Source: Pavona decussata | Lineage: Eukaryota | Direction of reading: 5' to 3' | NCBI GenBank assembly: GCA_977016875.1 | Contig: CDRNST010000002.1 | Span: 2,170,001 to 2,234,000, forward strand | Length of the DNA: 64,000 bases | Shown: positions 51,251 to 64,000 of the stretch, one piece after another | Layout: each line of letters begins with the position of its first letter | Numbering within the stretch: the stretch's first letter is position 1 | Notes under the pieces: model-generated | Told to the model about the DNA's origin: nothing | Databases searched by the model: none | Seen by the model: the letters and a program-made list of their open reading frames with translations, nothing else | Program-made: the position numbers and the translations under genes

Positions 51251-54200
51251 AAATTGTGTAGAGATATATGCAAGTGTCATTCACCCATACATTTCTTTTA
51301 AAATTTATTATTATTCATAAGTTATTATTTGAAGGGTGGTTCTCCTATTGTACCATTAATATTTAATCCATGGTTTAGATGATGTAACAGACTTTGCTAA
51401 GGAAAAAAATTGATTGCAATATCTTGGAATTAGGTATTTCTGTACAGATTTCAATTAACATTACTATAACATCAAATATTTCAATTTGCTCATCCTCGTT
51501 TCCTTCAGAGTGGCTGCTTCTGACCACATTCTGACCATTGTCCAAGTCTCAGCTCTGTGTGGTATGACAATCATCAATTCATTGATTTAAAGTAAACACT
51601 GTTGCTAGCACAAATAATTTATGTAGTGAAACAGCAAGGATTGCCATTGATGGATTTTCTCCCTTGTTGTTAACAAGATCCTTGTCTGCTTTCCTTTTTC
51701 TGTCCCCTTTTTTATGTTGTGCAGGGGATGGGTCAGCTTCTTCGCAAGAGAAAAAAATTGCTTTTAATTTCCTCGAGCTAAGTTTATTAAAAAAAAAAAA
51801 AATAGCAAAAAGGAGAGACTGACCCGCAGGTAGTGAGAGCTAATCTAGGCGGGCCAGACTTAGAACTGTTTGAGGATAAAATTAATGTTATTACAGTTAT
51901 TACAATCAAAGACAGAACAAATAGAATTTAAAGGAGGTAGGGAAATCACAAGAAACACACCCAAAAAAGTCGAAACATTAATGAAAATAAACATTAACGA
52001 GTTGCAGATAATTGGCGAGACATATGTTCTGTACTATAATAGGTGTTACAATATAGTCATTTTCATTTACCAAAATATTGAGAAGAAGCTGGCGAAATTC
52101 TCCTTTGAATTCTTTCTTATGTAAATCTCTTATACGATACAGTATCTCATTCCACAGTCTTACACCAAATCATGAAAAAAGAATGTTTATGTATTTCTAG
52201 TCTAGAATTTTGTTTCCAGAGGTGGATGATCGAGTGTTATATTAATGGACGTTGGAAGTTTTTCTAAACAGTTTCAGGATCTTTATAAGCCCGTTACTAT
52301 TATTAATGTCGAGCACTGAGTTGTAAGCAGATTCGTAGTATAGAAACGTCAAAGGTAAGATATTCCCATCAGCAAACTAGGGAACAGCATGATCACGTCT
52401 ATCACTAAAATAAATTATGCAAAGTGCTCTTTTCTGGAGAAAAAGAATTTTACTAAGATTCAATGCGTGGCCCCAGGAAGCGAGTCTGTAAATTAGATGA
52501 TTATGGATAAGCGACTGATAAATTTTAACAGTATACATTGTGGTGTGAAATGGTGTAAGTTAGAAAATCAGTCAATAAATCCCCCACAGTTTTCATTTAC
52601 CTACATGTGTGGGACAGTCTCTATGGAACATAGGAAAACTGAAAGGACAATTCATAAATTATACATCTTTTTATTTCAGTTATAGCTAGAGTCTAAATAA
52701 AATAATAACCAGTCATCGTATTTCTCCTGGTTTGTCAAAACATTGAGTTACTGATAGACCCCTCCCTTTACGAAACTAAGCAGAAAATATTTCATCAAAG
52801 GTCTTTTACAGAATAAATGAAGGAAACTAGTTATAAATAATCATCGTTAACACTAGTAAAACAAAAAAGAATAGAAAATGTCAGTGATAAGTTCTACTGA
52901 ATTAGTAACTGTAGGTCACAAGATTGCAGCAAGGCATATGCTATTCCTCGTCCAAACCCGAAAGGTACAAGTGGGTAGAAATGCACACAATCCCTGTGCA
53001 GTCGGGATTTTTCCGTTGAATGTGGTTTTTCATCAGGTGGGGGAATAGGTATTTGGGAAGTCCCTACTGTATATCAGTTGCCCTGTACAGTCGTCCTTTC
53101 CAGTAACTCTCCTGTCTACGTGTTGAACGACTAGGTTGAGCTCTCCTGTATTTATCAACAAACGAACTTCCACATCCATAGCAATTCTTAACAGAAGCAT
53201 TAAGGACCACTACCTCATTTGTGTGTGGCGACATACCTGAATGTGACACTGCAAATGTACCATCAGAAAAATGACAGCTTTGGTTGCATTGGTAAGCGAG
53301 GTTACTATGAAGGTTCAAGTTTGAATCAAAGTCCTTGTTTAAGCTAAACAGATCTAAATTGTGTAAACTAGATAATTTATGGAAATTTGTTTTCGACTTG
53401 GAAAGAGAGGAAACCAAGTTATTGGTCTGCCCATATTAAGCTACCAAATCACCCATAAAATTAAAGTATGATAGTTTCTTAAGAGTAGATCTTGAGTCTT
53501 CTTCTACAGCTTTATTTTTTTAACATCTACATTTCAAAGTAAATCTAAACAAACGGTGAAGTACAACAAAATAAGACTTATCTTGAATGCTTCATCAGCC
53601 CTCTCAATTCCTCTAAGCTGCTCAATTTAAGTGCAGGCGATGAATCTGTTTTACATGAATATACAAAGCCATTTTCTGCCTAGCAGAACTTGTAGCTATA
53701 AGCAATCTTGAATTTCTTGGTATCAAAGAGAAGCTCTTGAAGTCGTGGCATAAGGTGCTTGAACAAGTTGGTATACTGAGTATCAATATGCTTTTGGAAG
53801 CCTAGCTGTGACGCCTATGCATTCCTAACTTCCCTTCTTGGAGCCATAACCTTTTCTTTTGCGAGCCTTCGTACAAATTTCATTACCATCAACATCACTT
53901 CCTTCACTACCATCAGTATTGTTTTCTTCATGAACATCATCATTGCTTCCTGCAGTACCCACTGGCATTGTTTCCTTCACTATTATAAGCAACAACAGCA
54001 TCAGCATTGGCAATAACATTATTCCCAATTCGATCATCAATTCTATTACTATTCCCACTTCTAACATCAACGGGGGCACCAAGAACATCATCTCCACGTC
54101 CAACTGCAGTCCCAGTAGTACCATAAGCGTTAACAATACCATTATTACTCACCATCATCAGAATTGGTATTAATCGTTTCACCAACACCATTACCATCAC

Positions 54201-54812
54201 CTGCACTACCACTGTTTTCAATAACTTTGCCACCACTATTTTCAACTGCAGTATCATCTCGATTGTGAGAAGTGGTACTGCCACTGCCACTGCCACTTGC
54301 ATCTGCTCTTGAACTACCATCTGTAACAGACGAAACAAAAATCATTGGCAGCCAAAAGGCCTGAAATAAGCATGTGGAATGAAATATTATTGCTATATAT
54401 TACAAATCACATCCACTTGAGAATTTTCCAAACCACTACTGCTAGAAACATAACAAACAGAATTGGTACCACCTAAAGCTTGAGTTAATGTTAGTGAATT
54501 CTACAATGTATAGGCAAGGGACAGAGAAAACATTTTAAAGACACATCTGACACTTCAGAATATTAAAAGTGGCAACAAATCAGTTGACATGTTCTTGCTA
54601 CTGGTTGCTCAAGGTCATTTATAACAATGACAGTAAATGTTAGTATATACCTGAAAGTCCTGGAAGACTGCCCACAGCTAGTTCTTCATCAGAACTTTTG
54701 TTCTGCTTCGTTAGTGAACAGTGTGTCGTTAAAAACAAAATGTCAAAAAAAAAAAGGTTCTCTGATGAGGATGAATATCATAATCACTGTTGACCTCAGG
54801 GGTGGAACGAGT

Positions 54813-56050
54813 ATTGATAACGGAGGAGAGAATATGGCAGTTGGGAAGTACACGATTTGGTGTAGGGGTGAGAACCGTGGTAGCTTTTTGACTGGTCCAA
54901 GTGCACGCAATGCGTATTGAACGTCTGTGGAGAGGTGGGTTGTCACCATCTTCACATTGTTGTTTTTGTTTATGGAAGAAAATAATCTACTGGACCCTGA
55001 CAATGACAATGACATGTTTGCTTTACATTATGTATTTTTACCAAGAGTACAGAGGCTCTTAGACACATTTGTTCAGTGCTTCAATATGCATTTAGTGTCA
55101 ACTGAACATAATAGAACACCTTGGCAACTGTGGGCCTCTGGATGCCTCAGGAATTTAAAATTACCTAATGCTGGCATTCCGGATGTGTTTGATACCAGAG
55201 AGCATTGCACTGTATGGACATGATCCAGATGCCTCCCTACCAGATCGAGAGGATGACCAAAGTGGAGTTGAAGTGGCTACCATTAATTTAGAACTGTCTC
55301 AAGATGTTCAATCTGCCTTGAATCAGAACTTTAATCCACTATTAGAGGACAATATACCTGCAGGTGTGCAAATTTATAAGCCGCATCACCAATGGGGATC
55401 GATAGGTTTACAGAAGCACTTTCTTTTAACCCTTTAAGCCCTGGCAGTGATCAGCATCAAATTTCTCCTTGTAACACACTGTATCAATCCTCACTCGTGA
55501 TGGATACCCCAATTCAGTTGTTGCCTACTGAAAACGAGACAACTGTTGTAGCTCTATGGTTGTTGTTTATGTTGAGGTAAATTATACACCGGGAAAATCC
55601 ATCAATGCATATATGGATGACCATTCTCCAGTGCCTTAATTTCAAGTTGCTGTTAATGTGCCACAGGAAGTTAGGTTGGAGTACACTGTAAGGGTGACTT
55701 TCAATTCTCTGACCCCATCTGTTGGCATGGTTGATGGGGTCCACTCTGACAATTGCCTCTCGTACCCTCCAACTCTGGATATATATACCAAGTTGCCGAA
55801 GGCCTGCCATTACGTTTGTCTCCCCTGTTCAGGGAAAGGCTCTAAGTTCCTTAAGAACTGTATTGTCAAGCTCGGGATTTAAAATTTATGTAAAATCTTT
55901 AGAATTCTATAAAAACCCAAGTTCTCTGCGCCAGTTATAAATGGTTTGTCCGGACACACCTAAGTCAGAGGCAATCTGTGTCTAACTGTGGAATTTGCTT
56001 CTCAAGCAACACAATTGCTCGCCTTAAATAACTTGCTTTGGTCTTCCAGG
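54813..56050. pseudogene. IS3EU/IS481-like integrase-core transposase, split by an internal inversion
   Basis: Minus half: YSVLQPNFLWHINSNLKLRHWRMVIHICIDGFSR..GYPSRVRID. Plus half: IDNGGEN..RGENRGSFLTGPS..ALHYVFLPR..STEHNRTPWQLW. Confidence 0.82.
55427..55488 (+). mobile_element. Left end of a TTAA/CCC piggyBac-type MITE
   Basis: ttaaccctttaagccctggcagtgatcagcatcaaatttctccttgtaa, a common coral repeat end as I recall it. Confidence 0.5.
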
Positions 56051-56772
56051 ACCTGATGGCTGTTGAGCTTTTGGTCAATATGAATAGGCATATGTGACAG
56101 GAAGTTGCACAAGCAGGATATAAATGGTTCTGATGTTTTCACGCAGAGTTTCTATCTGCTGAACTTCAATCGGAGGGTAACCACCACCATGTTGCATCTG
56201 CATGACAATGTTCCCTAAATCTCTCAATGCACACGGTAACCTATTTACATATAAGTCCGCTCTCTGAAGGTTGCTGTGAACATTCTCCATCTCACCTTCC
56301 ACTTTCCTAAACAGAGAGCAGACAGAGTTGACAAACTGTGTCCTGTCGTCACCAGCACCAATTCTAAAAGACAGAAAGGAACATTAATTTTTAACACTAT
56401 AGATTTTTTCCTGGGTTTGATGCTTTGTATGCAAAGTTTGCACTTTTTCATCCTTTCATTGTCTTGAGTTGTCCTCAAAAGTTCATGCACTGATTAATCT
56501 TATGTTCAATAATTTATTGGAGCTTAATGTATTGAGAGAACATGTCTCTACTATTTATTGATACTGGTGATTGAAGTAATGGTCTAAAACTTAAGGCAGG
56601 GCCTTCTCATACAGCTGTACATTATGGGCGTGTTATTCTAAGGCTTTACTGGATCAATTTTTTAACAGAAGTGTAATCTGAATAATCTTATAAGTAAATG
56701 GAATAGAACAGCTCACTTGTGTTTATACCATATGAGATTGGCTGCTAAACAACCAATTGGACTACATGTTAA

Positions 56773-57213
56773 AGTGCACCCAACTCCCAAATTATTTTTT
56801 CTCTTAAATAAATCTTGGCACCTGTTTGAAACATATCGCGCTATTTGTCGCCTTTTTGAACCAAATCTTGACTTTTTAAAGGCGGTAAAAGTTACGAAAT
56901 CTAGCCATCATCTGTCCCATGACCGAGCTAGTCAGGGGCGTGGGTCTATTTCTTACTTGACGTCGCAAACTGATTTGCATTGTATTAAGTCCTTGTGAAA
57001 ATGCATGCAAAGCAGTTTGTGACGCCATGTAAGGAATAGACCCATGCCCCTTACTAGCTCGGTCATGGGACAGATGATGGCTAGATTTCGTTAACTTTTC
57101 CAGCCTATAAAAAGTCAAGATTTCGTTAAAAAAAGGCGCAATAAGGCTCAATGGGTTTTAAATAGGTGCAAAGATTTATTTAAGCGAAAATAATTTGGGG
57201 GTTTAAGTGCACT
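56773..57213. mobile_element. Fold-back MITE, Kolobok-like
   Basis: The whole element is an imperfect palindrome with arms of about 210 bp (core aaatctagccatcatctgtcccatgaccgagctagt is a perfect match). TTAA on the left, degenerate on the right. Confidence 0.85.
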
Positions 57214-57743
57214 ATCATATTAGGTTTAATGAATGGCAGAGCAGTCCAGCCTTGCTGTTACAAAAACGTGCTGAAATCAGCATTACATCTTTGTGAACAT
57301 AGCTTTTCTTACCATCTTACAAAGTTAGGTTAAGAAAAAAAGGTAAAACGTTTACTATTACTCCATAAATTGCATAGCCCGTGCACAGCCACCTACTCTA
57401 AAAATTCACAAAACAGGTTTGTGAACTCTCATTGTTTATAGATTGTTGGATTTTTTCACAAATCCATAGGTTGCTGAGCTCAAATTAATGATAATTCCAT
57501 CACATCTCAAGCTCGTGTATCACCACGACACCTACAAACGGCAGACATGGCCTCGCTTGGAAAATGTAATTCCCGACCAATTATAGTCTTCCTGGCAAAA
57601 TTGGCATTATGAATGATTGGTGGAACATTCTACAAGCAATTTCAGGGATTCACCAGTGCGTAAAAAAGGGAAGGGGTCATCTACGGTAGCATGTACATAA
57701 ATCTGCCTCTTACGAGGTTGTGAGCTTGATGATGGTTCTTCCG

Positions 57744-58310
57744 ACTCTCGTAAGCGACTACTTTGGTTTCTCAGTTAAATACTGTTTCAAGAGCTCTTTT
57801 GTAAGCAACCACTACTCAAATTTCTTAAGGGACCGCGACCACTTTTTAGGCCAGAAATTTGACATATCCTTTTGTTTTCTGTTTCCGGTAAGCAACTACC
57901 CAATATAATCACGTATAATCGTGAGTAAATCATTACTCAGAAGTGAAAAAAGTTCAATTTTTAAGGAGGCTACCCTGGGCTGCTGATAGATAATAACAGT
58001 TAACAGACAGTAAATATGGCCGTAATTACATCTGTAGGTAAATGGGAATTGCTACAGTGACCTGTTCCAAAATGTTATAAAAAGGTTTCATCAGAAGAAT
58101 GAAAAGATTGTTCAGGCGCTATTCAACATGAAATATGCCAGTACTTTCAATCTTTTCCGTACAAAATTTAACTATTTGCCTAATTTTAGCTGTAAAGGTA
58201 ATATTTTAATGTAATTAATCAATCCAGTATGAGGCTTATTTTGCTCTTTTTACCCGTAAGCGACCACTTTGTCGTGCCCCAAGGGTAGTCACTTACGAGA
58301 GAGTTGATTG
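57744..58310. mobile_element. Decayed TA-type MITE
   Basis: Repeated cgtaagcgaccac motifs. ctctcgtaagcgactac is inverse to gtagtcacttacgagag, which is followed by ..ttgTA. Confidence 0.5.
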
Positions 58311-59186
58311 TACGTTCAAAGTTGGCAATGGCTGCAGAGGTTCCAAAGGGCTTGATATTGCACATGTAGTTGCTACAGAAGATGACCCTGCACTGATTGC
58401 TGACAGCCTCAGTAATTCAAAATAGCCAAGCTGGGCTTCCAAAAGATCCGCATTCTGCTTGGAGGAGGTTTTTCGCTTAATTCTGAGAAGCAATTTCGCA
58501 CACAAACCTTGTCAGCGGCCTTCATCTCCCTTCTTCACTTCAACTGTTAGGCTGAAATGCGGGTTTTGCTTCGCGGGAACTCTTCACATTCATCTGCTTA
58601 TTCTTCTCCACTCGCTTCTTCTTCTCTGGAGGACAAATACCCAGCATGTTAACTGTCAAGTTGCTTGAATTTGACCAAAGGAACCAAAACGAATATTACC
58701 GCCAAGATCAGTCCTCTGTTCTGAGAAATAGTGCATACTTTTTTGAACTGAAACTGCTAGTCGTTTTAAATGGCACTGAAGGCTCAACAAATGGCGAAAA
58801 AGGACCCTTCCAGTGACCACCAGGGATTACTTTAGGGAACGAGTATCAACCAAAATGGCGGGCAATCCGAATTCTAGCATTGTAAGCTCATTTTGCTCTG
58901 ACATTGTTGACTTATTTCCACTTATACATCTGTACTAACATTAAGACATAACTTATAGTGATTATTAAGGTTATTCGTCGCCAATTCCTCCTAAAATCAG
59001 GACAACACGTTTTGAGGGTTAACCACTATTGTTCACATAATCCGCCATTTTGAATTTCTTGTGAATTTGAAATAAGTGGGAGGGGCTTATGCCCTATTAT
59101 AGCGCACCTTCATGTTTATAGGAGCTGGTTTTTGAGTTTGTGTGATAGCCTGAATGCTTTTACTCTCTGGCTATTTGTGTGATTAC

Positions 59187-60830
59187 CTTGATTTGTCGAG
59201 CCACTACTAGAATTACTGGGTGAATATGAATTGGCAACCAGCGAGTCCAAAGATCCTGCAAACAAAATCATGCAAACATGCAATGTTATGATTAACGTGG
59301 TGACAATCTCCACAGTGAATCATGCAATCTTGTCATAGTAAACTGTATCAAAATGATTACTGAACAGGAATAAAATAATTATTATTGATTAATAATTAGA
59401 GTATCTACATGCACAGCATTAAAGAGTTTTAATTAGTAACCTGACAATAAGACAAGGAAATGGCTTCAGTGTCCCTATTAGGAGAATCGTTGAGTCCTGA
59501 TCCAATTAGGGACTTGGTATCAGTATTAGGATCCCAGGCTTGATAAAGGAGATCTGTGGAGGGAAGCAGGTAATCTAGTCCAATTAATTCTACATTTAAA
59601 CTAATATGCTGTTAAATTTAACCAGTGAAATTTGAAATTTGATTTAGATAGGATACTTTTACTTGCTGATTACATTCACTGATGATTGCAGATCCATTGC
59701 GTGATATATACATTTTTTAAACCTGGAATGCCAAATTAAACAACCCCTAATATTCCAGGTAAGACCTGCACTAATTTAATTTTCTATTGAATGTGTAGAA
59801 AAACTCACCTTTGTCATCATCCTTCTTATCTTCTTGAGCCGGTGCTTTTGTGTTAGGATGAGGTGGAGTGCTTCCTGTATTTGAAGTTTGTTTGTAGTTA
59901 TGGCAGTGCTTGTAACACTTGTGTTTGTGGTGGGTGTGGGAGCTTTACTTCTAGCATTTGCGTTACTAGAGTTAGTAGTACTTGTGGTGTTTGTGACACG
60001 TGTGTGTAGCGGGAATGTGAAGTGTTCTTGTCCTGCTTGTGTTTGTTATAGTACTTGTAGTATGGGCACCACTTGCATTTGTAGTTGCCGGTGGATAAAT
60101 GGTTCTAACAGTCGTGGTTGTGGCTGGATTTTGCCCAAGCAGCGATTGTATGCTTTGCCTGGAAAGGAATCCAGGACTCGCTGTGGTATTTATAGGCATC
60201 TAGTCAACAGAGAAGGAAAAGTAAAAGTAAGTAATAAGTATATGAGTACAGTACATGTACAGCTGTATTTGTAGCTTATAAATTGTACGTGCCGCAGCAA
60301 TGTGGCTAAAATTGCCATGGCATGAAATTTTAACTGTTAACGGTGAACTGTATTGCCAAGTTTAGACAGTGTATAGTCCTTTAAAAAATGCCATGAAAGT
60401 CATGAACTTCCAAACCAAACCTGTGCTTATTAAAGACGGTGCCTACTAATAAAGAAGTGGTTTTGTCTTGTGTACATGACAATGACAATGACAGTGCAAG
60501 GAAAGCAGATCCTTAAAGGGATATTTTTGTCCAAGTCGAAACTTTTGCCTCCGAAAAATGCGTGGTTGCCCCTAATGTTCTTTTTTGAAACATGTGCACT
60601 TGCTCCACACAGTTTTAAACCACGCAAAAACATCCCTATCTTAGTAGGTGCCACTCATAGGAAACCCTAAATAACCATAACATGGCCTGGACAAATTTAT
60701 CAAATACACTGCATTGAAGCTATTATTTTACTTGTAGTACGAGAAAAGAGTCAGCTAAATTAATATAGGTGAAAATGAGTGAAATAATTACACTAGCTGC
60801 CAGTAGTCTCGTGGTTTTACTTACTGCCAT
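59187..60830 (-). pseudogene. Multi-exon secreted or surface Thr/Ser-rich (mucin-like) gene, frameshifted
   Basis: Signal-peptide-like exon 60830-60732, Thr-rich exon 60199-59809 (pyrimidine tract-AG, G|GTGAGT), and a 69 nt phase-1 exon 59255-59187. The Thr-rich exon needs two frame changes. Confidence 0.55.
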
Positions 60831-61464
60831 GTTCAGCAGTGCAAAGTGTGGCCTGATGTAGATTGGGCACTGCGACTTCCACAAGGCCTTTAAAGTTGTG
60901 GCCGTTGAATTTTGCGATTGTGAATCCAATCGCACCAACTTCCTTTTGTTAACTTCATCACCGTTTAAAAAGTCAAACTGTGAACAAGCCCTGTAATTAA
61001 AAATGTGTCTGGTTAAACAGGCTTGTCATCGGGTCTTCAAAAGCTAGCATCCATGTTTGACAAAAAGGTAATGAGGAAATCAAGTTGTTTCTTAACCAGT
61101 TTAAAAAAAGGAGATTAAGGTTTTTTTCAAAATGCCCAGGTTTCAGGATATGACAACATGCATACATCTTGTATGTGCATCACATGACACAGGGAAATAT
61201 GGTTGGTAACAATTATGATTGATGATCACCTCCGTATTGTAATAATGATATCAGCGAGGTCTTGCTTTGTTGTTACTGTAGGAAGGCATTAGATGCTGGT
61301 CACTGGTTGAGTTTCAACGGTAAATCATGCAGCACAGTGGTCATAAATTGAACTGGGGATCACGTAAGCCAATTGATTTACAGTCATGTACTAGAGTGTA
61401 GCAAATTAACTGCATGCGTGTGTAGGTGCATAACTGTTAGGTGTGTCTAGCTAAATCTATCAGT

Positions 61465-61855
61465 GGACAGGTGGTAAATCACCTGTTAGTTTGTGGTTGA
61501 AACCTCTGTTAGTGTGGGTGAAACCACTGAATTACTGTGTGGGTTAGTCACTGTTAGTGTGTGCATGAAATCACTGTTAGTGTGAGGGAGCAGTGTGTGG
61601 GTGAAACCACTGTCAGTGTGTGGGTGAAACCACTGTTAGTGTGTCGGTGAAACCACTGTTGTAAGTGTGTACAGGGTGAAACCACTGTCAGTGTGTGGGT
61701 GAAACAACAGTGTGTGGCAAATCATCTGTTATTGTGTGAGCGAAACAACTGTTACTTTGTGAGTGAAACCACTTTTTTGTGTGCCACCAAGTCATCTGTT
61801 ATTGTGTGGGTGAAACAATTATTTTGCAGATCATCTGTTAGTATATTGGGTGAAT
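61465..61855. repeat. Degenerate minisatellite of about 23 bp
   Basis: Unit is approximately gtgtgtgggtgaaaccactgtta, with many imperfect copies. Confidence 0.85.
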
Positions 61856-63350
61856 GCAGAAAGTTGTGTTTTCTGTTGTAAATTTAAGGAAAACTGCCTA
61901 ATCTTTACTCGCGTCACATTCTTGAGATAGCCCGGAGCCTGGAGTGCATGTAAAATACTTGTCCTCCCTTTTTGCGGTGTCATTCTATTACAGAATGAGA
62001 CCCTGGCCTCAAAGTTGTTCTCTTCCTCTAGGAACATCTTCAAGGCCTGGTCCAGGCAGCAAAACAACTAGTCTAGAGAAAAAAAGGTCCAGGACTGTTG
62101 TAAGGCACAGTGTGTCCACGGCCACGACCCCTTCCTCCATCGGCTTTTTGGAATGATGCCGGATTGAACAGTGGCCCAATGTTCTTTACATTTGGCGCCA
62201 ATGCAGGGGACACAGTAACAACTGGCATAGAGGCAGGGCTGCTGAAGATGCAGTAACAGCTGGAACTGTATCTGTTGTCGTTGATGTGCTGGTTGAGCTG
62301 GTAGTAGTCCAAGGGTTTTATCCTCTTGAATCGATCAACCCTGCTGTTAATCGCTGGCTGGTTTAACAATAAGAGAAGTGGTCACAATCCCTGAAGAGTG
62401 TTGTTGTTCATGTTCATGTTCAGCAGCGTTTATGACTGGAATGTTTCATGACTCTATGAGTCGATGTTTCATGAAGCATCGCGTCATTATTTGGCAATGG
62501 GATAAAAGTCGCCGCCAACCCTTGGAAATTTAGGACTCTTGTTTTCTGGAATTCATCTAGCTTAGTGAAATTAAGTAACAAAGAAGGCTTTGATAAGAAC
62601 AAACAGACTAAGGTGCTGCTTATCCAGTATGGTAATGTTTGATTGATTAGTTAACAGCATCAAGAGAGATTCACACAAAGAGCAAGCATAATAGATAAGA
62701 AACGTTGCTGAACAGTCTCTTCAATTTTTTGGTGTTATTGATCACTATAATCTTCTCATAACAGTTCTTTGGTATCGGCTAATGAAAGCAGCTGTGTGTA
62801 TGAGATTGATTCTAAAATAATCAGTAAACAGTGTTCTCGTTTGTCTCACAGTACAGTCACTTTAAAGATGTAAATCACAGCGTTTCCCTTCTCCAGGTGA
62901 TGAAGTCTGATAACGCGGCAACAGTTTGACTATTAAGAGCTACTGACTGTAAATATCAAAAATCTCACGACAGATAGAAAATTTCAGATTTTATTTTATT
63001 TTGCCTAAATGTTCCCTTTGGTGAACTATTTTCAAAAATCACAATTAAAAGTTCCGTGGCTCTTTCGTTTTTTCTAAAAAATTGAAAATTTGAATTAAGG
63101 GTGTCTGGCCCGTTTCAGCCCCCTGGAGAAATTGAAATATTGTGCATCTTTAGCAGGCCTGCACACAGCAACGTGAACTACTTCTGTCTTTCTATGTTGG
63201 CTACAAGTAAATCTTTCTATTATCTCTTGTTAAGTGTAAAAATGAAGTCACAAGTCATATTTTTAATGTGCTAATTCACTAGTTGAAGATAGCGACCTTC
63301 AAGGGTTAGATTTCGAATTGAAATTAGCGCCGATTTCAGAGGCCTATATC

Positions 63351-64000
63351 TGTCCTAGCATATGTTTTCTGGCGCAAAACTATAGGTGAAGTCTAACCCT
63401 AATCCTTCCTTTTTACTCCCTCAAAGTGCCTTTTTTTGGCACGCCTAATGGTTAGCATCCGGAATGAAAAGTGTACAGCTGACGACAACTGTTGAAGAGC
63501 CAAAGGTCACGAACTTGTCGCGATGAACGTAGCAGGTGGGAAATGCTTTACTAATCTAATAAAGTCAGGAACCATGGATTGTCACTGATTGTCGGTGATT
63601 TGATTGATTAAAGTCGAATGTAAACTGAAATGCAATGCAAAAGATTATACAGACTAATTACTTAAATGTTTGCGGTGAACCAAGATAGCAAGAATCACGA
63701 ATGCGCAGATACACAGTTTTACAATTACAAAGAGCTAGTAGCTAAATTACAAAAAGGCGAAATCGAAACTGATCAAAAATCTATGTACTTGTTCTTAGCT
63801 AAATAGCATGCGTAGAGAAGTCTTGACAAAAATTAAAATCCTAAAGCACTATTTGAAACTACAAGTACATGATAACAAAGGCTGTGCTTGCGGAAATGCC
63901 GTAACAAGCGAAACATGGCAGCTTGAAAGTGAAAAACCAAGTTACTTGAAATGTCCAAAAGCACAAAGGGAGCTAAGACTACATGTAAGTTATTTGTTTG
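63351..64000. mobile_element. Possible LTR edge running off the window
   Basis: Starts with TG (tgtcctagc), is non-coding, and resembles coral LTR termini as I recall them. No PBS, PPT or second LTR is visible. Confidence 0.3.

Noticed and set aside
53825-54345. Hydrophobic Val/Met-rich ORFs as membrane proteins
   Set aside because: They are off-frame readings of a low-complexity Gly/Asp/Asn-rich decayed exon of unknown identity.

Overview
This is a eukaryotic, AT-rich, repeat-saturated window. The repeat and transposase families I recognise from memory suggest a cnidarian, probably a stony coral, but this is an inference. No intact host gene is evident. The window is mostly nested, decayed mobile DNA: TIR/TSD-bounded non-autonomous elements (TA-, TTAA- and CWG-flanked), a near-complete intron-containing Kolobok-type transposon, remnants of piggyBac, Tc1, Ginger-like integrase, Sola-like and IS3EU-like transposases, LINE fragments, and cargo-like pseudogenes (OTU/Vertnin, RPA-like OB folds, RING, KolX/P2X7-like, Ulp1, BEN). 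The most unusual structure is a 5.9 kb head-to-tail array of 860-910 bp units (20847-26729) with higher-order organisation. Each unit carries an (AAT)n microsatellite and a copy of an unrecognised, intronless, Cys/Phe-rich reading frame of about 240 codons. Also notable are a 676 bp inversion bounded by 7 bp inverted microhomology that splits a transposase, a RAG1-like RING/zinc-finger fragment, a separate RAG1/Transib-like catalytic-motif exon, a 1.5 kb tandem duplication containing a BEN domain, and a frameshifted multi-exon mucin-like gene. All family assignments come from motif recognition by eye, not database searches.
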